This document shows, piece by piece, positions 6,925 to 11,344 of a stretch of DNA of 11,344 nt. Position 1 is the first letter of the stretch. Each line of letters starts with the position of its first letter. Origin of the DNA: Candidatus Eiseniibacteriota bacterium (lineage in GTDB: Bacteria > Eisenbacteria > RBG-16-71-46 > JABDJR01); contig CAWANH010000015.1 of NCBI GenBank assembly GCA_963783375.1, forward strand, positions 1-11,344. Direction: 5' to 3'. The notes beneath the pieces were generated by a model. It made no database searches. It was not told the origin of the DNA and saw nothing but the letters and a program-made list of their open reading frames with translations. The position numbers and the translations under genes are program-made.

Positions 6925-8458
6925 GTCCATGTCCTCGACGGTCAAGAATCGACCCAACCTGGGTGATATCCTCACCCGACTCAACCTGATCGACGACGAG
7001 CAGGTCCGCGCCGCCCTGGAACTCCAGCAGGAGACAGGGAAGCTGTTCGGAGAGTGCCTGCTGCAGCTCGGCGCCATCGCCGAGGACGACCTTGGGTGGG
7101 CGCTCAGCAGCCAGCTCGATCTCCCGTTCATGAACGTGACCCCGGAGATGCCCGACCCGGAACTCCTGGCCCGCTTTCCCCGGGACTTCCTGCGGCGGAA
7201 CCTCGTCCTTCCCCTGGTGGAGTCGGAGGACAGCCTGTCGGTGGTGCTCTCGGATCCTACCGATGAGCTCACCATGGCCCGCTTGAAGCGGCTATCGGGA
7301 TGTGAGCTGCAGGCGGCGGTGGGCACCCCCACCGCGATCCGCCGGGCCCTGGACGTTCTCCTCGGTCCCGCGGCCGACGGCGATGAGGAGGCGGGGGCCG
7401 ACCGGGTCGTCGCCGGGGTCAAGCGTCGCGCGGCCAGTCTGGCCGCGCCCGAACTCACCCAGCTCCTGGACCGGGCGCTCACCGAAGGGGCTTCGGCCAT
7501 CCATCTGGACCCCGAGGAGGGAAAGGTGCGGGTGCGGTTCCGGGTGAACGGCTATCTTGTCGAGGGCGGGGGTATCCCGGCCAAGGCGATGGACGAGCTG
7601 ATGGAGAATCTTCCGGGATGGCTGGGAGATCCGATCGAGACCGCCCCCGGCGTCCATCGCTGGGGCGAGGGAGCCTCGGGAGCCGAGGCGGCGCCCTTCC
7701 GGGTGATCACGGCCGCCGGGCGGGAAGGGGCCTCCGCCACCCTCATCCTGGAAGGAATGGACTACACCCGTCGCAAGCTCTCCGCTCCGTTCGAACCGGA
7801 GTGGGACCGGCTGAACGGCCTCGTGAACCGACCCCGCGGCCTGGTGGCCGCGGTGGCGCCGTCCCTGGCCGAACGCGAGCAGCTCCTGAGCCGACTTCTG
7901 GGTCTGATCGATGTGTCCCACCGGCGCGGGTGGGTGCTGGCCCCCGAGGGGCTCGCGCTTCCCCGCCGGATCTCCTGCTTCCCCGCCGATCCCAGCCTGG
8001 AGCTCACCCGGGCCTTTGCGGAAATGGAGGGGGTGGACCTCCTGGCCGGGGTCTTCGCCGGCCCGGAACACGCGACCGTCCTTGCCGAGGCCGCCGAGCG
8101 CGACCGGCTGGTGGTGGCGGTCTTCCCCGGGAACTCCGCCCTCGGATTCCTGGCCCGGCTTCACGAGTCCGGCGTCTCCGCGGTCCTTCTCGCCGAGTCC
8201 CTCGTGGCGGTGGTGGCCCAGCGCATCCTCCCCGGGCCGGACCCGGAAGGGGCGGCCCGCGCCATCGCCGAAATTCTTTTCGTGGACACGGGGATGCGAC
8301 GAACCCTCCAGAACGGGGGGCGGATCCAGGACCTTCGCGGGGCGGCCGCCGAGCAGGGGTTCGTGGAGCTCGCGGGCCGGGCCCGTTCTCTCGAGTCCGT
8401 GGACGCAACCGTGATCGACGACCTCGACCGGCACCGGTATCTGGAGGACGCGGCATGA
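6923..8458 (+). CDS. PilB/GspE-family protein with an N-terminal MshEN-like domain and a degenerate, predicted inactive ATPase domain
   Basis: 24-5-24 MshEN-like repeat; T2SSE N-domain (LARFPRDFLRRNLVLP..VVLSDP); N2 motif GASAIHLDP..VRVRFRVNG; PilB-like RLHESGVSAVLLAESLVAVVAQR and RAIAEIL. Walker A, Walker B and the His box are substituted. Start is ATG 6923 or 6929, the latter better spaced from GGAGG. Confidence 0.85.
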   Translation: MSMSSTVKNRPNLGDILTRLNLIDDEQVRAALELQQETGKLFGECLLQLGAIAEDDLGWALSSQLDLPFMNVTPEMPDPELLARFPRDFLRRNLVLPLVESEDSLSVVLSDPTDELTMARLKRLSGCELQAAVGTPTAIRRALDVLLGPAADGDEEAGADRVVAGVKRRAASLAAPELTQLLDRALTEGASAIHLDPEEGKVRVRFRVNGYLVEGGGIPAKAMDELMENLPGWLGDPIETAPGVHRWGEGASGAEAAPFRVITAAGREGASATLILEGMDYTRRKLSAPFEPEWDRLNGLVNRPRGLVAAVAPSLAEREQLLSRLLGLIDVSHRRGWVLAPEGLALPRRISCFPADPSLELTRAFAEMEGVDLLAGVFAGPEHATVLAEAAERDRLVVAVFPGNSALGFLARLHESGVSAVLLAESLVAVVAQRILPGPDPEGAARAIAEILFVDTGMRRTLQNGGRIQDLRGAAAEQGFVELAGRARSLESVDATVIDDLDRHRYLEDAA

Positions 8459-9549
8459 GCCTCGACATCAACAAGCTCCTGGCTTTCACCCTGAAGCAGG
8501 GCGCCTCGGACCTCCACCTGAGCGCGGGGATGCCCCCCATCATCCGCCTGCACGGGGAGATGACCCGGCTCGACGTTCCCGCTCTTGCCTCCGAGGAACT
8601 CGAGTCGCTCCTCAACTCGATCATGACCGAGGACCAGACCAGGGAATTCGAGAAGGCCATGGAGCTGGACTTCGCCATCGAGCTGGGGGACATGGGCCGG
8701 TTCCGGGTGAACGCCTTCAACCAGACCCGGGGGCCGGGAGCGGTGCTCCGCACCATCCCCACCCAGGTCCCCACCCTCGATGACCTCAAGCTCCCCAAGG
8801 TGCTGGCGGAATTGGCCATGAAGGAGCGCGGGCTGATCCTGGTCACCGGGCCCACCGGGAGCGGGAAGTCCACCACCCTGGCCGCCATGGTGAACCATGT
8901 GAACGAGCGCCGTCGCGGCCACATCATCACCATCGAGGACCCGATCGAGTTCGTCCACCAATCCAAGAGCTGCCTCGTCAACCAGCGCGAGGTGGGACGG
9001 AACACCCATTCCTTTGCCGCCGCGCTCCGGAGCGCGCTGCGCGAGGACCCCGACGTGATCCTCGTGGGCGAGCTCCGCGACCTCGAGACCACCCAACTCG
9101 CCATCACCGCCGCCGAAACCGGCCACATCGTCTTCGGTACCCTGCACACCAACAGCGCGGCCAAGACGGTGGACCGCATCATCGATGTCTTCCCCAGCGG
9201 CCAACAGGCCCAGATCCGGAGCATGTTCTCCGAGTCGATCGTGGGCATCATCTGTCAGACCCTGCTCAAGACCAAGGACGGCAAGGGGCGGCTCTGCGCT
9301 CAGGAGATCCTGGTGGCGGTGGCCGCGGTCCGGAACCTGATCCGCGAGGACAAGACGTCGCAGATCATGTCGGTGATCCAGACCGGAGCCCAGCACGGCA
9401 TGCAGAGCATGGACCAGTGCCTGAAGGCCCTGGTGATGGAAGGGAAGGTGGCGGCGGAAGAGGCGGCGACGAAAGCCACCATGCCCTCGATCATCCTGGG
9501 TGCGGGGAAGGACGCCGAGGGCCTGCCGCCCGCGCGCAAGGCGGCCTGA
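8455..9549 (+). CDS. pilT: type IV pilus retraction ATPase PilT (364 aa)
   Basis: ATG 8455 has SD GGAGGA and overlaps the upstream stop (ATGA). Motifs: GASDLHL, Walker A GPTGSGKS, Asp box TIEDPIE, Walker B DPDVILVGE, His box AETGH..TLHTNSA and the PilT signature AVRNLIRE. Confidence 0.96.
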   Translation: MSLDINKLLAFTLKQGASDLHLSAGMPPIIRLHGEMTRLDVPALASEELESLLNSIMTEDQTREFEKAMELDFAIELGDMGRFRVNAFNQTRGPGAVLRTIPTQVPTLDDLKLPKVLAELAMKERGLILVTGPTGSGKSTTLAAMVNHVNERRRGHIITIEDPIEFVHQSKSCLVNQREVGRNTHSFAAALRSALREDPDVILVGELRDLETTQLAITAAETGHIVFGTLHTNSAAKTVDRIIDVFPSGQQAQIRSMFSESIVGIICQTLLKTKDGKGRLCAQEILVAVAAVRNLIREDKTSQIMSVIQTGAQHGMQSMDQCLKALVMEGKVAAEEAATKATMPSIILGAGKDAEGLPPARKAA

Positions 9550-9574
9550 TCAGGAGGCCGACCCGGAGATCGCC

Positions 9575-9600
9575 TCGACCGCCGGCCCCGGCGGAATCGA
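9575..9600. terminator. GC-rich hairpin between the convergent pilT and GlmU-like genes
   Basis: TCGA-CCGCCG-gccc-CGGCGG-aa-TCGA. A second inverted repeat, CGGCCT/AGGCCG, is at 9542-9560. No U-tract is present. Confidence 0.3.
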
Positions 9601-9642
9601 CGGACGCGGGCGAGGATGTCGCGGCCGCGGGCCGGAGCCCGG

Positions 9643-10911
9643 TCAGGGTTTGAGCGCCCACTCCGCGTGGACGCTGCGGAAGAGCACCTCGTCCGCCGGC
9701 TCCATCAAGACCTCGCGTCGGGCCATGACCCGGCGGGCGACGACCAGGGCCTTTTCCAGGTCGTAGGGAACGATCCCTCCCGAGCCGCCCCATGAGAACG
9801 AGGGCACGTGCTTCGGCCCGAACCCCGCCCCGAACACGTTGGCGCTCATCCCGACCACGGTGCCGGTGTTGGTGAGCGTCCCGATCGCGGTCTTGGAGTG
9901 ATCCCCCATGAAGAGCCCCACGAACTGCTCCTCGGAGTCGATCTCACCCCCCGGGGTCCAGATCCGGACGGTGGAGTAGTTGTTCTTCAGGTCCGAGGTG
10001 TTGGTGGCCGCGCCCAGATTGGTCCAGGCCCCCAGATACGAGTGACCCACGTAGCCGTCGTGCTGCTTGTTGGCGTAGCCCTGAAAGATCGATGCCTCGA
10101 CCTCTCCCCCCACCTTGCACTGCGGACCGATGGAGACCGGGCCCTCGATCTTGGCCCCCACCTTGATCACGCTTCGCGGCCCCAGGTAGGCCGGGCCGAG
10201 GATCACCGCGTTCTGAAGCACCCGCGCCCCTTCGCCGAGGATGATCGGACCGGACCCCGCGTCGAGGATGGCCCCGGCCTCGATTCTCACCCCCTCCCGA
10301 AACAGGATGCGGTCGCGGTGGAGGATCTGGCAGCCGGGGGCGAGCTCGGGTTCGGCCCGGGGGGTCGAGGCGTCCACCCCGGCGAAGTCGTCGACCAGGA
10401 CCTCGCCGTTCCACTTCACCAGGTCCCAGAGATGGCGAACCAGGCGGATCCCCGCGGGGGCGCCGGTCACGGTGTGGTCGCGGGGGAGGGGCGACGGTCC
10501 GCCCGCGGCCAGGGCCTCCTCGAGGGTCCGCCGGAAGTCCGAGACGGCCCGGCCGGTGACCCGCGCCGCGGCCAGCTCCCCGCTCTCCTGCACCGCCACC
10601 GCCTTGTCGAGAAGGGTGATGAGGTCGTCGAGGGCGTCTCCGAGGCAGAGGAGACGCCCGTTCAGGAACAGCACGTCGCCTTCCGCGTCGTGGTTCACCC
10701 GGTGGCCGGGGTGGTCCCGCTCCACCAGGGGGCGGAGCACCGGCCGGCAGAGGTAGTCCACCCGCTTGATGTCGCGCTGGGCGAGCTGGGCGGCAAGCCG
10801 GCGTCCGAGGCTCACCGCCCCCACCCGGCAGTCGAAAGCCGGACGGGTGAGGGTGATCGGATAGAGCCGCCGCCAGCCCACGTCCTCGAAGATCACCACC
10901 TGGCGGCTCAT
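9643..10911 (-). CDS. GlmU-like putative sugar nucleotidyltransferase/hexapeptide-repeat acyltransferase (Bacteroidota-type alternative GlmU family), 422 aa
   Basis: ATG 10911 has SD GGAGG and an ATGA overlap with the upstream stop. N-terminus IFED..RLYPITLTRPAFDCRVG and FLNGR; left-handed beta-helix repeats; NKQHDGYVGHSYLGAWTNLGA, TSDLKNNY and GDHSKTAIGT. The canonical GlmU LAAGxGTR motif is absent. Confidence 0.85.
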   Translation of the reverse strand: MSRQVVIFEDVGWRRLYPITLTRPAFDCRVGAVSLGRRLAAQLAQRDIKRVDYLCRPVLRPLVERDHPGHRVNHDAEGDVLFLNGRLLCLGDALDDLITLLDKAVAVQESGELAAARVTGRAVSDFRRTLEEALAAGGPSPLPRDHTVTGAPAGIRLVRHLWDLVKWNGEVLVDDFAGVDASTPRAEPELAPGCQILHRDRILFREGVRIEAGAILDAGSGPIILGEGARVLQNAVILGPAYLGPRSVIKVGAKIEGPVSIGPQCKVGGEVEASIFQGYANKQHDGYVGHSYLGAWTNLGAATNTSDLKNNYSTVRIWTPGGEIDSEEQFVGLFMGDHSKTAIGTLTNTGTVVGMSANVFGAGFGPKHVPSFSWGGSGGIVPYDLEKALVVARRVMARREVLMEPADEVLFRSVHAEWALKP

Positions 10912-11342
10912 CGTTCGCCCTCCGAAGCGGGGAAGGCCGGGTCCTTCCACGCGGTCTTTCCGTCCACCACCGTCCAGAGCGCCCGGGCGCCGAGCAGGTC
11001 CGGCGGATCGCAGGTCACGAGGTTCCGGTCGAAGACCGTGAAGTCGGCGCGCTTCCCCGGGGTCAAGGTGCCGGCCGCGGCGAGATCGCCGGAAACGTAG
11101 GCGGGGCCCGCGGTCGCCGCGACGAGGGCCTCCTCGCGGCCCAGCCGCTCCTCGGGGATCCATCCCCCTACGGGGCGGCCTTGGGCGTCCTGCCGGCTGA
11201 CCGCGGCGTGGAGTCCGCGAAGCGGATCGTGGGACTCCACCGGAAAATCGCTCCCCAGGACGAACACGGCGCCCCCGTCCACGAGGGTACGCCAGGCGTA
11301 AGCCCCGTATAGCCGGTCCTTCCCCAGCCGGTCCGGCGCCCA
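10908..11342 (-). CDS. amidohydrolase family 3 (YtcJ-like) metal-dependent hydrolase, C-terminal part (5'-truncated by window edge)
   Basis: The frame is open to the window edge: WAPDRLGKDRLYGAYAWRTL..LGSDFPVE..P..GLHAAVSR..GWIPEERL..GTLTPGKRADFTVFDRNL..TVVDGK. Confidence 0.9.
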   Translation of the reverse strand, partial: WAPDRLGKDRLYGAYAWRTLVDGGAVFVLGSDFPVESHDPLRGLHAAVSRQDAQGRPVGGWIPEERLGREEALVAATAGPAYVSGDLAAAGTLTPGKRADFTVFDRNLVTCDPPDLLGARALWTVVDGKTAWKDPAFPASEGER

Positions 11343-11344
11343 CG

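Noticed and set aside
7618-8454. 643-aa ORF suggesting an extended PilT or a frameshifted PilB-PilT fusion
   Set aside because: The upstream part is Arg/Pro/Gly-rich off-frame sequence. The pseudo-PilB frame keeps PilB-like features up to 8458, and pilT has its own SD and ATG at 8455.
6923-8458. PilB-like gene as a frameshifted pseudogene or sequencing error
   Set aside because: The degenerate motifs are in the same frame and in exact register with PilT. None of the listed alternative-frame ORFs over this region contains a Walker A motif.
8455-9549. Assignment as PilU
   Set aside because: The AVRNLIRE motif and overall sequence fit PilT better.
10912-11343. 566-aa version of the GlmU-like ORF
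   Set aside because: The upstream part overlaps the amidohydrolase coding frame. The real start is ATG 10911 with GGAGG.

Overview
High-GC chromosomal window with 10 protein-coding genes. I found no RNA genes, mobile elements or CRISPR arrays. Left side: the 3' end of rlmD is coupled to a tandem-GNAT acetyltransferase (+), converging on an apparent nrdR-tatC-coaX operon (-). A 256-bp divergent intergenic region holds a strong sigma70-type nrdR promoter (TTGACA-N18-TAGCAT) overlapped by two NrdR-box-like sites 31 bp apart, although no ribonucleotide reductase gene follows nrdR. On the + strand come a 1084-aa secreted protein (7 FG-GAP repeats, 2 FN3 domains, an unassigned alpha/beta domain, a C-terminal FlgD-Ig/T9SS-like domain), a full-length PilB/GspE-like protein whose ATPase motifs are all destroyed, and an intact pilT coupled to it by an ATGA overlap. 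Right side (-): the 3' end of a YtcJ-like amidohydrolase is coupled to a GlmU-like hexapeptide-repeat transferase. The most interesting candidate is the MshEN-bearing PilB pseudo-ATPase/PilT pair with no pilC, whose RBS can be sequestered by an anti-SD stem. Gene content suggests a high-GC FCB-group organism (inference). All calls come from reading motifs by eye; no searches were run.
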